Positions 18,004 through 27,975 of a stretch of DNA of 42,359 nucleotides are shown piece by piece. Positions within the stretch are counted from its first letter, which is position 1. Each line of letters begins with the position of its first letter. The stretch lies in NCBI GenBank assembly GCA_020425105.1, contig JAGQRU010000136.1:1-42359 (forward strand), given 5' to 3'. Below the pieces are notes generated by a model. That model was not told where the DNA came from and made no database searches. It worked only from the letters and a program-made list of their open reading frames with translations. This DNA comes from Paracoccaceae bacterium. Lineage in GTDB: Bacteria; Pseudomonadota; Alphaproteobacteria; Rhodobacterales; Rhodobacteraceae. The position numbers and the translations under genes are program-made.

Positions 18004-18672
18004 ATGAGCAATACACAAACGGACTCCGCCTATGAGCTGATCAAAGCAAATATCCTGAGCTGTAAGTTCGCGCCTGGCCAGAAACTTCGGATAAACGAAA
18101 TCGCAAACGATTCCGAGGTCAGTCTCGGGGCCGTGCGCGAAGCATTGGCCCGCCTCTCCGCCGAAGGCATGGCGGTTTCGGCCGCACAAAAGGGCTATTC
18201 CGTGCCCGGTGTCTCGGCCGAGGACCTTATCAATCTGACCAATACCCGGATCTTCGTTGAAAACGAATGCCTGGCCCAATCAATTGCCGGTCTTGGTATC
18301 GAAACCGAAACGCAGATTGTCGCGGCACTTCATCGCCTTTTGCGCATACCGGAGCGTAATCCCGACAATACAAGCACGATCAATCCAACCTGGGTTGCCG
18401 CGCATGAGGTATTCCACAATGCGCTCGTGCTTGGATGCACCAATGAATGGCTCCTGCGTTTGCGGAGGCTGCTTTATCAGCACAGTGAGCGTTATCGGGC
18501 GCTTTCCGTTCCCCTGTCGCGCCAACAGCGCAATGTGAACCAGGAGCACCAGGCGATCTTCGATGCAGTCATGGCGCATGACACGCTTCTTGCGCAAAGC
18601 TTGATGGCCGACCACTTGCAGCGAACAACGGACATCATCATCGAGTCGGGCATTGTAAAAAGCGCCGCCTGA
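18004..18672 (+). CDS. GntR-family regulator with FCD domain (AphS/BphS/CsiR-like)
   Basis: FAPGQKLRINE...VSLGAVREALARL wHTH; FCD motifs HEVFHNAL, SERYR, EHQAIFDA, DHL. The start could be GTG 17998. Confidence 0.92.
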   Translation: MSNTQTDSAYELIKANILSCKFAPGQKLRINEIANDSEVSLGAVREALARLSAEGMAVSAAQKGYSVPGVSAEDLINLTNTRIFVENECLAQSIAGLGIETETQIVAALHRLLRIPERNPDNTSTINPTWVAAHEVFHNALVLGCTNEWLLRLRRLLYQHSERYRALSVPLSRQQRNVNQEHQAIFDAVMAHDTLLAQSLMADHLQRTTDIIIESGIVKSAA

Positions 18673-18842
18673 CCCAATCCCCCCGAACTGTTTGCCTTTG
18701 ACTGCGCTGAAATTTCCGGCGTGCGAAGCATGCGCCGGCGGCTGACTGCATGTCGAAGTCTTTGCTTGACCGCTTCGACCTGGTGACCTAGCCGCTGCGC
18801 CCTCTTCTGAAACCCTCCGCGAGCATAAAAAAGTTGATGTGA

Positions 18843-18860
18843 CTTAAAATATATTTTAAG
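18843..18860. promoter_or_regulatory. Putative GntR operator upstream of the SDR-GST-TRAP operon
   Basis: Perfect 18-bp palindrome CTTAAAATATATTTTAAG just downstream of a TTGATG -35-like hexamer (18834-18839). Confidence 0.75.
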
Positions 18861-18907
18861 AACATAAATAGTTCTTTCGGATCGTATTCTTGGGGAGGAG
18901 TGAAGCG

Positions 18908-19801
18908 ATGCCAGATGTCATGGTGATCACGGGCGCAGCCACAGGGATCGGCCGGCTCACGGCCGAGACTTTGGCCCGTGGCGGGCATATTGTGTTTGCT
19001 TCGATGCGTGATGTCGCCGGTCGTAATGCGCTACATGCCGAAGCGCTCGCATCGCTGGCACAGAGCGAGGGCCTGTCACTGCACACCGTCGATATGGATA
19101 TCCTCTCCGACAGTTCGGTCGATGCTGCGATTGAAACGATCATCGCAGAAGCAGGTCGCATCGACATACTGATGCACAACGCCGGTCACCTTGTCCTTGG
19201 CCCGACCGAGGCCTTCACGCCCGAGGAAGTCGCACAGAATTACGCGGTCAACGTGCTGGGGGCGCATCGCGTCAATCGCTCGATACTGCCGGTGATGCGC
19301 GCGCAAGGAAAGGGCACACTTCTATGGATCAGCAGCACGACGGTTCACGGAGGCTTCCCACCCTTCCTCGGTCCCTACGGCGCGGCAAAGGCCGCGATGG
19401 ATTCGCTCGCGGGATCTCTGGCGCTCGAAGTGTCGCGCTTCGGGATCGAGACGGTCATGGTCTCGCCCGGCGCGTTCACGACCGGGACCGAGCATTTCCC
19501 CAAAGCCTCGCCGCCCGAAGATCACGCGCGGGCGGAAGCCTATGCGCGATACGACGATGTCACGAGCACGATTGCAGATCGTCTGTCGGCATTGATGCCT
19601 GACGACGCGCATCCGCAAGTGGTCGCCGACGCGGTGCTGAAGCTTGTGAACATGCCGCATGGAACGCGGCCGTTCCGGACGGTCGTCGATCTTCTGGGCG
19701 ACGGCGCCGAAGAGGTGGCCACGGCGGCCGAACGGGTTCGCCGGACCTTCTTCGAGCGCATCGATCTTGCCGATCTGTTGTCGCCGCAAACCACGTCCTG
19801 A
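18908..19801 (+). CDS. Classical SDR oxidoreductase (paralogue of 6226-7131)
   Basis: TGAATGIG, HNAG, YGAAK; RBS GGAGGAG. Confidence 0.92.
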   Translation: MPDVMVITGAATGIGRLTAETLARGGHIVFASMRDVAGRNALHAEALASLAQSEGLSLHTVDMDILSDSSVDAAIETIIAEAGRIDILMHNAGHLVLGPTEAFTPEEVAQNYAVNVLGAHRVNRSILPVMRAQGKGTLLWISSTTVHGGFPPFLGPYGAAKAAMDSLAGSLALEVSRFGIETVMVSPGAFTTGTEHFPKASPPEDHARAEAYARYDDVTSTIADRLSALMPDDAHPQVVADAVLKLVNMPHGTRPFRTVVDLLGDGAEEVATAAERVRRTFFERIDLADLLSPQTTS

Positions 19802-19835
19802 GCGCCTTTCGTCCCAGTCACATCTAGGAGGCCGA

Positions 19836-20534
19836 ATGTCCGACTACATTCTTTTCTACGCGCCGGGAACCTGCGCCCGCGTGCCGATGACCTGTCTTGA
19901 GGAGGCAGGCGTTTCGTTCGAAAGCCGCGTCGTTTCGTTCACCGCGAAGGAGCAGCGCGACACCGACTATCTAAAACTCAACCCCGCCGGCAAAGTCCCG
20001 GTTCTGGTCGAGGACGGTCGTGCGCTGTCCGAGAACGTCGCGATCCTCACCTATCTCGGGAACCGGTTCCCCGATGCGGGCATCCTGCCGCCATCGGAAA
20101 CCGAGTTCGACCGCTGCCAGCATATTGCGGATCTGGCGTTTTGTGCCTCGGTCCTGCACCCGATCGTGACGCGGATCCGTATCCCCGAGCGGTTTTGTTC
20201 GCTCGACGGTGCGCGCAGCGATGTCTGGAAGCTGGCCGCCGAAATGATGATCCCGCATTTCGATTTCATCGATGCGCGGCTTGGCGGCTCCCCATGGTGG
20301 TACGGCGCGCAATGGGCGGCGATGGACAGCTATATCAACTGGGTCTGGTTTCGTGTCACCGGCGCGGGTTTCCCGCAGGAACGCTATCCGAACCTCGTGG
20401 CCCATGCCGACCGGATCGCAGCGCGACCCGCGGTGCAGAGGGTTCTGTCACGCGAAGCAGCGGGGCAGGAGAACCTGGTTTCGCGTGGCCTGAATTACGG
20501 GTTCCAGCCCGATGCGAGCGTTCCGCTCGACTGA
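19836..20534 (+). CDS. Glutathione S-transferase, beta-class-like
   Basis: FYAPGTCA (N-terminal Cys), LNPAGKVPVL, LSENVAILTYL, VLHP, RPAVQRVL; RBS AGGAGG. Confidence 0.88.
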   Translation: MSDYILFYAPGTCARVPMTCLEEAGVSFESRVVSFTAKEQRDTDYLKLNPAGKVPVLVEDGRALSENVAILTYLGNRFPDAGILPPSETEFDRCQHIADLAFCASVLHPIVTRIRIPERFCSLDGARSDVWKLAAEMMIPHFDFIDARLGGSPWWYGAQWAAMDSYINWVWFRVTGAGFPQERYPNLVAHADRIAARPAVQRVLSREAAGQENLVSRGLNYGFQPDASVPLD

Positions 20535-20559
20535 CGAAATTTCCAGGAGGAGGAAAACA

Positions 20560-21579
20560 ATGTTCAAGAAGACTGCACTCGCCGTGGTCGCTGCCGCCGC
20601 ACTTGGCCTGCCACTCACACCGCGTGCTGCAATGGCTGAACAACTCACAGTCGCAAGCTTCCTGCCCGGCCCGCACCATCTGCACACGCGCATGCTGGGC
20701 TGGTTCGGGGAAGAGCTTGAAAAGCAGTCCGGCGGCGATCTGACGATTCAGGTCTTCCCCGGCGGCCAGCTTGGCGCGGGCCCCGTCCAGCAATACAAGC
20801 GTGCGCTGGAAGGTGTGGCCGACATGACGCTGGGTGTCAGCGCCTATACGCCGACCGTTTTTCCAAAGACCATGCTCGCGATCCTTCCGGGCAGCTCGAA
20901 CAATGCGGTGGAGTCTACCGGACGGCTCTGGGACGCCTATGAGGCGCATCTGGCGGACGAATACGAAGACGTGAAGCTGATCGCGCTGATGACCGTGGCC
21001 GGCAACGTGATTTCGTCGACCCGCGATCTGTCGACGCTCGATGCCTACGAAGGCGCAAAGCTGGTGCCCTATGCCGCGATGACCCAGCCGATCCTGGAAT
21101 CCATCGGCGCCGTTCCGGTGCAGATGCCGATCACGGATGTCTATACCGGACTTTCGACCGGGACGATCGACGCTGCCTACACGTCCTATTCCAACATCAC
21201 GCCGCCGTGGAACTTCTGGGACGTGACGCCTTATTTCGTCGAGAACGTGCCGGTGCATTTCGCGGTGCTCTTCGTGGTGATGAACAAGGAGCGGTATGAG
21301 GGTCTGTCCGACGAGCATCGTGCGCTGATCGACAGTCTTTCCGGACGGGTCCTGTCGATGAAGGGCGCGGAATCCTTTGACCTTGCCGACACCATGTCCA
21401 AGGAACAGATGGCCGCCAATCCCGACAAGATGAAGAACAGCCAAGTCGTGCAGATGTCCGATGAAGAGCGCGCCCGCGTGGGCGAGAAATCGCAGGCCGG
21501 GCTTCAGGCGATCTTCGAGGACTACCGTTCGAAAGGCATTGAGGATGCCGCGGCAGTCTATCGGGCCCTCAACCCCTGA
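20560..21579 (+). CDS. TRAP transporter substrate-binding protein DctP
   Basis: Signal peptide; QVFPGGQLG, GAVPVQMPITDVYTGLSTGTIDA, VMNKERYEGLS; followed by dctQ and dctM. Confidence 0.9.
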   Translation: MFKKTALAVVAAAALGLPLTPRAAMAEQLTVASFLPGPHHLHTRMLGWFGEELEKQSGGDLTIQVFPGGQLGAGPVQQYKRALEGVADMTLGVSAYTPTVFPKTMLAILPGSSNNAVESTGRLWDAYEAHLADEYEDVKLIALMTVAGNVISSTRDLSTLDAYEGAKLVPYAAMTQPILESIGAVPVQMPITDVYTGLSTGTIDAAYTSYSNITPPWNFWDVTPYFVENVPVHFAVLFVVMNKERYEGLSDEHRALIDSLSGRVLSMKGAESFDLADTMSKEQMAANPDKMKNSQVVQMSDEERARVGEKSQAGLQAIFEDYRSKGIEDAAAVYRALNP

Positions 21580-21608
21580 ACCGGGCTCAGGATCAGGAGA
21601 CTGTCCAG

Positions 21609-22166
21609 ATGACAAGACCGGAGACATCCCCCCCAACGGCTGCCGAAATGGCGGCCGGATCGGGGTTCTTCGACCGATGGTTGACGCGGATCGCGCTGAT
21701 CACCGGTGGCACCGTTCTGACGGTGATGACACTGCTTTGCGTGATCAACGTCCTGATCATGCGCAAGCTTCTTGCCGCGCCCATCGTGGGCGCTGAGGAT
21801 GCGCTGATCCTGTTCCTCGTCACCTTCGTCGCGCTGTCCATCCCGTTCGGGGCGCGGACCGGCGCGCATATCGAGATCGAGGTCGTAAGCGAAATGCTCC
21901 CGCGGCGGCTCGCGCTTGGCCTGCAAATCGTCGCGCGGCTCTGTGGCGGTGCGTTCCTAGGGTTGATGTCATGGCAACTTGCCGTGGCAGGCAGCCATGC
22001 GGCGCGGTTCGGCGAAGTTACGCAGCAGCTCGAGATTTCCTATGAGCCGTTTTACTATCTGCTTGCCGTATGCTTCGGGCTCTTTGCCGCGATCCAGACC
22101 GCCGATGCCTGGCAGATGATCCGCACCGGCCAGGCGGCGGTGCTGTCGTTGGAGGACGAGGCATGA
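21609..22166 (+). CDS. TRAP small permease DctQ
   Basis: About four hydrophobic segments; GAHIEIE motif; position between dctP and dctM. Confidence 0.88.
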   Translation: MTRPETSPPTAAEMAAGSGFFDRWLTRIALITGGTVLTVMTLLCVINVLIMRKLLAAPIVGAEDALILFLVTFVALSIPFGARTGAHIEIEVVSEMLPRRLALGLQIVARLCGGAFLGLMSWQLAVAGSHAARFGEVTQQLEISYEPFYYLLAVCFGLFAAIQTADAWQMIRTGQAAVLSLEDEA

Positions 22167-23515
22167 GCGTCGAAACCGTCGGTATTCTCGGGCTCGTCTG
22201 CCTGTTCGTGATGCTCGCGATGCGGTTTTCCGTCGCGCTCAGCATGATCATCGTGGGCTTCTTCGGCACGCTTTTCGCCACGCAGCAAAAGATGAGCGCC
22301 CTTGGCCTGCCCGCCGAACGTGCTGTTTCGCAGGGGTGGAAAACCGCGCTGTCGAACCTGTCGGGCGAGACTTTCGAAGCGGCGTCGAACTACAATCTTC
22401 TGGTCATTCCGCTGTTCATCCTGATGGGCAATCTCGCCGGGGTGTCGGGCATGTCGAACAGCCTCTTTCGCGCGGCTTATGCCTTTCTCGGGCATCTGCG
22501 CGGCGGGCTCGCGTCAGCCACCATCGCGGGTTGCGCGGGGTTCGCCGCGCTTTCCGGGTCTTCGCTTGCCGCGGCGGTGACGATGGGGCGCGTCGCCTTG
22601 CCGGAAATGCGCCGGTTTCGCTATGATGACGGGCTTGCGACTGGGGCGGTGGCAGCGGGCGGAACGCTCGGGTTTCTGATCCCGCCCTCAGGCGGCATGA
22701 TCATCTATGCGATCCTGACCGAACAAAGCATCGGCCAGCTGTTCATGGCCGGGATCGTTCCCGGCATCCTCATGTCGCTTCTGTTCATCGGAGTGATCAG
22801 CCTGCAGGTCTGGCGCAAGCCCGAGCTTGGCCCCGCCGGGGAACGCGCGGATATGGCCGAAAAGCGCCGCGCCCTGATCGGAGCCGCGCCGATTACCACG
22901 GTGATCGGGCTGACCATCGCGGGGATGTATACTGGCTTCTTCACACCGGTCGAAGCCTCTGCCGTCGGCGCGATCCTGACCTTTGTCATCGCGCTTGCTG
23001 GCCGCAAGCTGAGCCTGGCCAAGATGCGGCTTGTCGCGCTTCAGACGATGAGCGCGACCTCGACGATCTTTCTGATCCTCATCGGCGCCTTCGTTTTTAT
23101 CCCGTTCATGTCGCTGACGGAGATCCCGACGCGGATGGTGGAGTTTCTGACCGGACTGCCGATCGGCAATTTCGGCATCCTGGCGGTGGTGATCCTTGTC
23201 TACATCTTCCTCGGCACCTTCCTCGAAGGAATCGCGATGCTGGTACTGACCCTGCCGGTGGTGATGCCGATTGCGGCCTCGCTGGGTTGGGATCTGGTCT
23301 GGTTCGGGATCATCGTGGTGATCGTGCTGGAGATGGGCATGATTTCACCCCCAGTGGGCATCAACGTCTTTGTCGTGAAATCCATTGCGCCCGATGTGCC
23401 CATGCTACGCATCTTTACAGGTATCTGGCCGTTCTGGTTCGCGATGATCCTGATGCTGATCCTGCTGATCGTCTTTCCGCAGATCGCGCTGTTCCTCCCT
23501 CAGACGATGTTCTGA
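22163..23515 (+). CDS. TRAP large permease DctM
   Basis: IPLFILMG, SGSSLA, LIPPS, FTPVEA, ISPPVGINVFV; ATGA overlap with dctQ. Confidence 0.93.
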   Translation: MSVETVGILGLVCLFVMLAMRFSVALSMIIVGFFGTLFATQQKMSALGLPAERAVSQGWKTALSNLSGETFEAASNYNLLVIPLFILMGNLAGVSGMSNSLFRAAYAFLGHLRGGLASATIAGCAGFAALSGSSLAAAVTMGRVALPEMRRFRYDDGLATGAVAAGGTLGFLIPPSGGMIIYAILTEQSIGQLFMAGIVPGILMSLLFIGVISLQVWRKPELGPAGERADMAEKRRALIGAAPITTVIGLTIAGMYTGFFTPVEASAVGAILTFVIALAGRKLSLAKMRLVALQTMSATSTIFLILIGAFVFIPFMSLTEIPTRMVEFLTGLPIGNFGILAVVILVYIFLGTFLEGIAMLVLTLPVVMPIAASLGWDLVWFGIIVVIVLEMGMISPPVGINVFVVKSIAPDVPMLRIFTGIWPFWFAMILMLILLIVFPQIALFLPQTMF

Positions 23516-23537
23516 CACGGTACATCACGGGAAAGGC

Positions 23538-23575
23538 AAACGCCGCGCATGGGTATCCCCTTGCGCGGCGTTTTT
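23538..23575. terminator. Rho-independent terminator, probably bidirectional
   Basis: AAACGCCGCGCA...TGCGCGGCGTTT stem with TTTTT tract, between convergent dctM and ALDH. Confidence 0.85.
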
Positions 23576-23594
23576 GTATCGGTGATCGGGCTGG

Positions 23595-25040
23595 TCAAAG
23601 CATGATGTTCAGCGCCTTGGTCTCAAGATAGCTGCGCATCTCCTCGACACCTTCCTCGCGCTCCACGCCGCTGTTCTTGAACCCGCCCCAGGGCATACCC
23701 ACGAAATGCGTGTTCGAGCCGTTGACGAAGATGCTGCCCGCGCGGAGCCGCCGGGCGGTGGTGATTGCGGTGGTGATATCATTCGTCCAGATCGCGGCAG
23801 ACAACCCGTAGGATGTGTCGTTCGCATCAGCGAGCATCGTCTCAAAGTCGTCCCAGGGCGCAACCGACATGACCGGCCCGAAGATCTCCTCGCGCCACAG
23901 TCGCATTTGGGGCGTCACATCGCCATAGACCGTCGGCTCGGCCCAGAATCCCTTGGCGAATTCCGCGCCCGCGGGACGTTCGCCGCCGGTCATCAGTCGC
24001 GCGCCTTCGGTCTGATCGCGGTCGAAGAAACTGGTGACATGGGTATAGCTCTTGGCGTTGTTGATCGGCCCCATATCGGTCGTGTCAGCCATCGGATCGC
24101 CCAGCCGCATCGCCGCGACCTTGGCCGTGATGCGCTCCAGAACGTCCCCGTAGATGTCGCGATGCACGAGCACACGCGAGTTCGATCCGCAGGATTGACC
24201 TTGCCAGGGGAAGTTCATGCCACGCACGGCGCTTGTTGCCGCGGCCTCTGCATCCGCGTCGGCAAAGACGATCATCGGGTTCTTGCCGCCAAGCTCCAGC
24301 GTGACGTGCTTGACCGCGACCTCGGCCGCGGAGCGCTGAATGGCGCGGCCCGTCGGCACCGAACCGATCAGGGCCAGACGTTTGACATCCGGATGGCGGA
24401 CCAGCGCATCGCCAGCCTCGGCCCCGGTCCCGTTGACGATGTTGAACACGCCCGGCGGCAGCATTTCCTGTGCCACCTCGCCGAGGATCAGCACCGATAG
24501 CGGCGAGGTCTCTGGCGGTTTGACGACCACGGCATTGCCCACGGCAAGCGCCGCCGCGGTGCGCGCCACCGAAAACAGGGCAGGGTGGTTATAGGCCGCG
24601 ATCCGGCCCACCACGCCATAGGGTTCGAGCAGCGTCATGTGCATATGCTTGGACGACGCCGGAATGGTTTCGCCACGCATCATCGGGGCGATCCCGGCAT
24701 AGAAGCGCAGCGTCTTCAGTGTCTCGTCCATCGCGTGAAGCGTGGGCTTCAGCGTGTTGCCGCTGTCACGCACCTCGATCCGCGAAAGCTCGTCGAAGCG
24801 TTCGGCCAGGCGGTCACCGAAGGCCCGCAGTATCTCTGCACGTTCGTCCATCTCGCGCGCGGCCCAGGCCGGCCAGGCCCGTTCGGCGGCGTCGATGGCG
24901 CGGTGCATGTCCTTCGCCGATCCCAACGCCGCGCGGCCGATCACCTCTTCGGTGGCCGGATCGATGGACTCCGCCCATCGTCCTGTCTCGCTCTCCACAA
25001 GTTCGCCGTCAATCAGCAGCCGGCCTTCGATCTGGTCCAT
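23595..25040 (-). CDS. NAD-dependent aldehyde dehydrogenase, PhdK (2-carboxybenzaldehyde dehydrogenase)-like
   Basis: LELGGKNP (Glu), GMNFPWQGQSCGS (Cys), EEIFGP; YGVVGRIAAYNHP and LIGSVPTG resemble the PhdK-like subfamily. ALDH call is secure; subfamily is less so. Confidence 0.85.
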   Translation of the reverse strand: MDQIEGRLLIDGELVESETGRWAESIDPATEEVIGRAALGSAKDMHRAIDAAERAWPAWAAREMDERAEILRAFGDRLAERFDELSRIEVRDSGNTLKPTLHAMDETLKTLRFYAGIAPMMRGETIPASSKHMHMTLLEPYGVVGRIAAYNHPALFSVARTAAALAVGNAVVVKPPETSPLSVLILGEVAQEMLPPGVFNIVNGTGAEAGDALVRHPDVKRLALIGSVPTGRAIQRSAAEVAVKHVTLELGGKNPMIVFADADAEAAATSAVRGMNFPWQGQSCGSNSRVLVHRDIYGDVLERITAKVAAMRLGDPMADTTDMGPINNAKSYTHVTSFFDRDQTEGARLMTGGERPAGAEFAKGFWAEPTVYGDVTPQMRLWREEIFGPVMSVAPWDDFETMLADANDTSYGLSAAIWTNDITTAITTARRLRAGSIFVNGSNTHFVGMPWGGFKNSGVEREEGVEEMRSYLETKALNIML

Positions 25041-25062
25041 GCGTTCGTCCTTGGTTAATGTG

Positions 25063-26379
25063 TCATCGGCCCGCCAAAGACGGCAGGAAGAGCACGATCT
25101 GCGGATAGGCGGAAATCACCACCACCAGCGCAAGCGTGCAAAGAAGGTAAGGGATCACGGCACGGGAGATCGCGAGGATCGACTTGCCCTGCGTCGATCC
25201 CATCATGACAAAAAGCGCCATGCCGAAGGGGGGTGTGGCAAGCCCAAGTTCGATAAAGATCAGGATGAACACCCCCATCCACAACGGATCGACGCCATAG
25301 CTTTGCGCCAACGGCAGAAAGACCGGGATGGTCAGCAGCATGATGCCCACCGGCTCCAGAAAGGCGCCGAACAGCAGAAGCACCAGCGCCATGGCAACGA
25401 GGATCAGCGGCAGGCTGGCCTCGATGCCATTGACCCACCCGACGAGGCCACGCGTGGCCCCCGACAGGGCAAGGATCTGGCTGAAGGTGGTGGAGGCGAG
25501 AATGATCATGAAGATCATCCCGCTGATCTTCATCGCGCTTTCAGCCGCACTCAGGACGGCGCGAAGCGAGAGGCGGCGAAAGAAGGCCGCCACGATCATC
25601 ACGGCGGCGACGCCAAAGGCTGCGGCCTCGGTCGGGGTCGCGATACCGAGGATGATCAGGCCCATGACCATGAAGATGATGAACATCATCGGCAGCAGGT
25701 TCACGACCGCGAGCTTCAGTTTTTCGCGCCCGCTGATGCGCGGCACCTCGTAGTCAGGGGCCGCTTCGGGGCGGATCATGGTTAGGGTAAAGACCAGGGC
25801 CGCATAGCTGAGCGCCAGAAGTACACCAGGCACGAGACCGGCAAGCAACAGGCGCCCCACATCGAGACCGGCAAGGCTGCCGAGCACGACCGCGAGGCCC
25901 GAGGGCGGAATGATTGCAGCAAGCCCGCCCGTGGCGATGATCGGCCCGATGGACAGCGTGTCGGAATAGCCGATCTTGCGCATTTCGGGATACATGCTCG
26001 ACCCCATCATCGCGACATTGCCAAGGCTCGACCCGGAAAGCGCGCTGAACAGCGTTCCGCCACCGATGGCGACATAGGACAGGCGCCCGCGCACCCGGCC
26101 CATAAGCCGGTCGACGACGAAGAACACCCGTTCCGCGATGCCGGTGTGGAAGAACAGTTCCCCCATCAGGATGAACAGCGGGATCGGCAGCAGTGAGTAG
26201 TTCATCAGGGATTCCGACGCATTCGCTGCGAGCTGCACGAGGCCGAAATGCCCGCCCATGAAGATGAAAACGCCAATGACATTGGCGAGGAGAAAGGCGA
26301 AGGCGACGGGAATGCGCAGCGCCATCAGGCTCAGGATCAACCCGACCATCAGCCCCATCGAGGCATACCAGGGCATCAT
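25063..26379 (-). CDS. TRAP large permease DctM
   Basis: IPLFILMGEL, SGSS, IIPPS, ATPTEAAA, TPPFG; start MMPWY overlapping the dctQ stop. Confidence 0.92.
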   Translation of the reverse strand: MMPWYASMGLMVGLILSLMALRIPVAFAFLLANVIGVFIFMGGHFGLVQLAANASESLMNYSLLPIPLFILMGELFFHTGIAERVFFVVDRLMGRVRGRLSYVAIGGGTLFSALSGSSLGNVAMMGSSMYPEMRKIGYSDTLSIGPIIATGGLAAIIPPSGLAVVLGSLAGLDVGRLLLAGLVPGVLLALSYAALVFTLTMIRPEAAPDYEVPRISGREKLKLAVVNLLPMMFIIFMVMGLIILGIATPTEAAAFGVAAVMIVAAFFRRLSLRAVLSAAESAMKISGMIFMIILASTTFSQILALSGATRGLVGWVNGIEASLPLILVAMALVLLLFGAFLEPVGIMLLTIPVFLPLAQSYGVDPLWMGVFILIFIELGLATPPFGMALFVMMGSTQGKSILAISRAVIPYLLCTLALVVVISAYPQIVLFLPSLAGR

Positions 26380-26888
26380 GATTTCGGCTCCTCGGAGGGG
26401 CTGTTGCGATAGGCGAGTGTGGCATGGCGCAGGAATTCGATCGCGCAAAGCGTGAGGCCGGTGGCGAGGATCGCATAGAGATACCAGCGCGGCACATCAA
26501 CGGCGCGCACCGCCACCTCGCCGCGCTCGAAACTGTCGAGCCCCGCAAGCCCCGCGTACCAGGCCACGAACAGGCAGATCCCGGCGGCGGCAAGATCGGT
26601 CAGCATCAGCAGGGCTTTGCGTTGCCCCGCGCTCAATGCCGTATCGATAAGTTCCATCGCGACGTGACCGCGGATGCGCACAAGCCACGGGGCGGCAAGC
26701 ATTGCCGAGGAGGGCAAGCCAAACTCGATAACGGTACCGAGCCAGACCGGGGCGTGAAGCTGCGGCACCGCGCGCGCGATGACGTCCCATAAGGTACCCA
26801 GAACAATGATGCCGAGATAGACAGCACCAAGTGTGAAAAGACTTCGGACAAAGCCGGTCCAGACATGGCCGAAAGATGTGCGTGGCAT
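26376..26888 (-). CDS. TRAP small permease DctQ
   Basis: Hydrophobic; RGHVAMEL motif; start MPRTSF after GGAGGAG. Confidence 0.85.
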   Translation of the reverse strand: MPRTSFGHVWTGFVRSLFTLGAVYLGIIVLGTLWDVIARAVPQLHAPVWLGTVIEFGLPSSAMLAAPWLVRIRGHVAMELIDTALSAGQRKALLMLTDLAAAGICLFVAWYAGLAGLDSFERGEVAVRAVDVPRWYLYAILATGLTLCAIEFLRHATLAYRNSPSEEPKS

Positions 26889-26943
26889 GCGGCGCTCCTC
26901 CCTTGCGCCGCGGCGGAGACCGCGGCGGCGATGTCGCATACGT

Positions 26944-27924
26944 TTATTGATCGGGGTACAGCAGCGGGCGGATTTGCGCCGCGTAGTCGGGCAGATCGGC
27001 TTCAAGCTTGTCCCAGACCACGGAGTAGGCGAGATCCTTATAGCGTGCTGCGGCCTCTGGTTCCGGTTCGACCAGCGCGATGCCGTCCGCCTTCAGGCGT
27101 TCCTCTTCGTGGGCAACGCGGGTGGGCATTTCCGCGGAGATCTTTGCCTCAAGCGCGAGCGCCGCATCCTGCAGGACCCTCTTTGCGTCCTCGGGCAGCG
27201 CATCGTAGCGGTTCCCGTTCATCATGATGACCGGCGAGCCTTGCCACACCGCGGGGCCGATGCGGGCCTTGAGCAGGCGGTTTACCCCAATGTCAGAGGC
27301 GAAGGTGATCCAGCCAAAACCATCGACGACGCCGCGCTCCAGCGCGCTAAACACCTCGGACTGGCTCATCATCACGTTTTCGGCGCCAAGCGCGTCGAAC
27401 CAGTCGCGATAGGTGCCTGCGGAACGCAGCTTCTTGCCCGCCAGCGTGACGTTCCCGTCTGCGTCGAATTCGGGCATCTCGCGGAGATAGATGTAATATT
27501 GCGTACCGTTGCCATTCCAGGCGAGAAGCTCGGCGCCGAGCCGGTCGCGCCACACACCGCGCAGCAGATCGAAGGCCCCGTTCTCGCGGGCTTCGGCTGC
27601 GGTGACAGCTGCGCCGGTCAAGGCCTCGCTTTCCGGAACGGTACCGGCGTAGTAGCCCGCCGGACCTCCCTGGATATCCACGACGCCATTGCGCAAAGCG
27701 GTGTCCTGCTGGGTCGGTGGGATCGCCTCGGGCCCGCCGATCACCTCGATGCGTACGATGCCTTCACCGGCCGCGTTTACCATCTCGACATATTCCAGAA
27801 AACTCTGCGTGATCACGTTGTTGGTCGGCAGTGCCGCCACCCCGCGCAGAACCTCTTCGGCTTGTGCGCCTCCCGCCAAGCCGACACCGATCGCCGTTGC
27901 GGCTGCTGCAAGGAACTTTTTCAT
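26944..27924 (-). CDS. TRAP substrate-binding protein DctP
   Basis: Signal peptide MKKFLAAA...AQA; GGPEAIP, GKKLRS, EVFSALERGVVDG; RBS GGGAGGAG. Confidence 0.9.
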   Translation of the reverse strand: MKKFLAAAATAIGVGLAGGAQAEEVLRGVAALPTNNVITQSFLEYVEMVNAAGEGIVRIEVIGGPEAIPPTQQDTALRNGVVDIQGGPAGYYAGTVPESEALTGAAVTAAEARENGAFDLLRGVWRDRLGAELLAWNGNGTQYYIYLREMPEFDADGNVTLAGKKLRSAGTYRDWFDALGAENVMMSQSEVFSALERGVVDGFGWITFASDIGVNRLLKARIGPAVWQGSPVIMMNGNRYDALPEDAKRVLQDAALALEAKISAEMPTRVAHEEERLKADGIALVEPEPEAAARYKDLAYSVVWDKLEADLPDYAAQIRPLLYPDQ

Positions 27925-27975
27925 GCGTGGTCTCCTCCCTAGACTTTGAGCATGGACATCTTCACAATGTCGATG

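Noticed and set aside
26906-26927. Hairpin CGCCGCGG-N6-CCGCGGCG between dctP and dctQ
   Set aside because: Ordinary intercistronic stem after a binding-protein gene; no second copy noticed, so not a REP family on this evidence.
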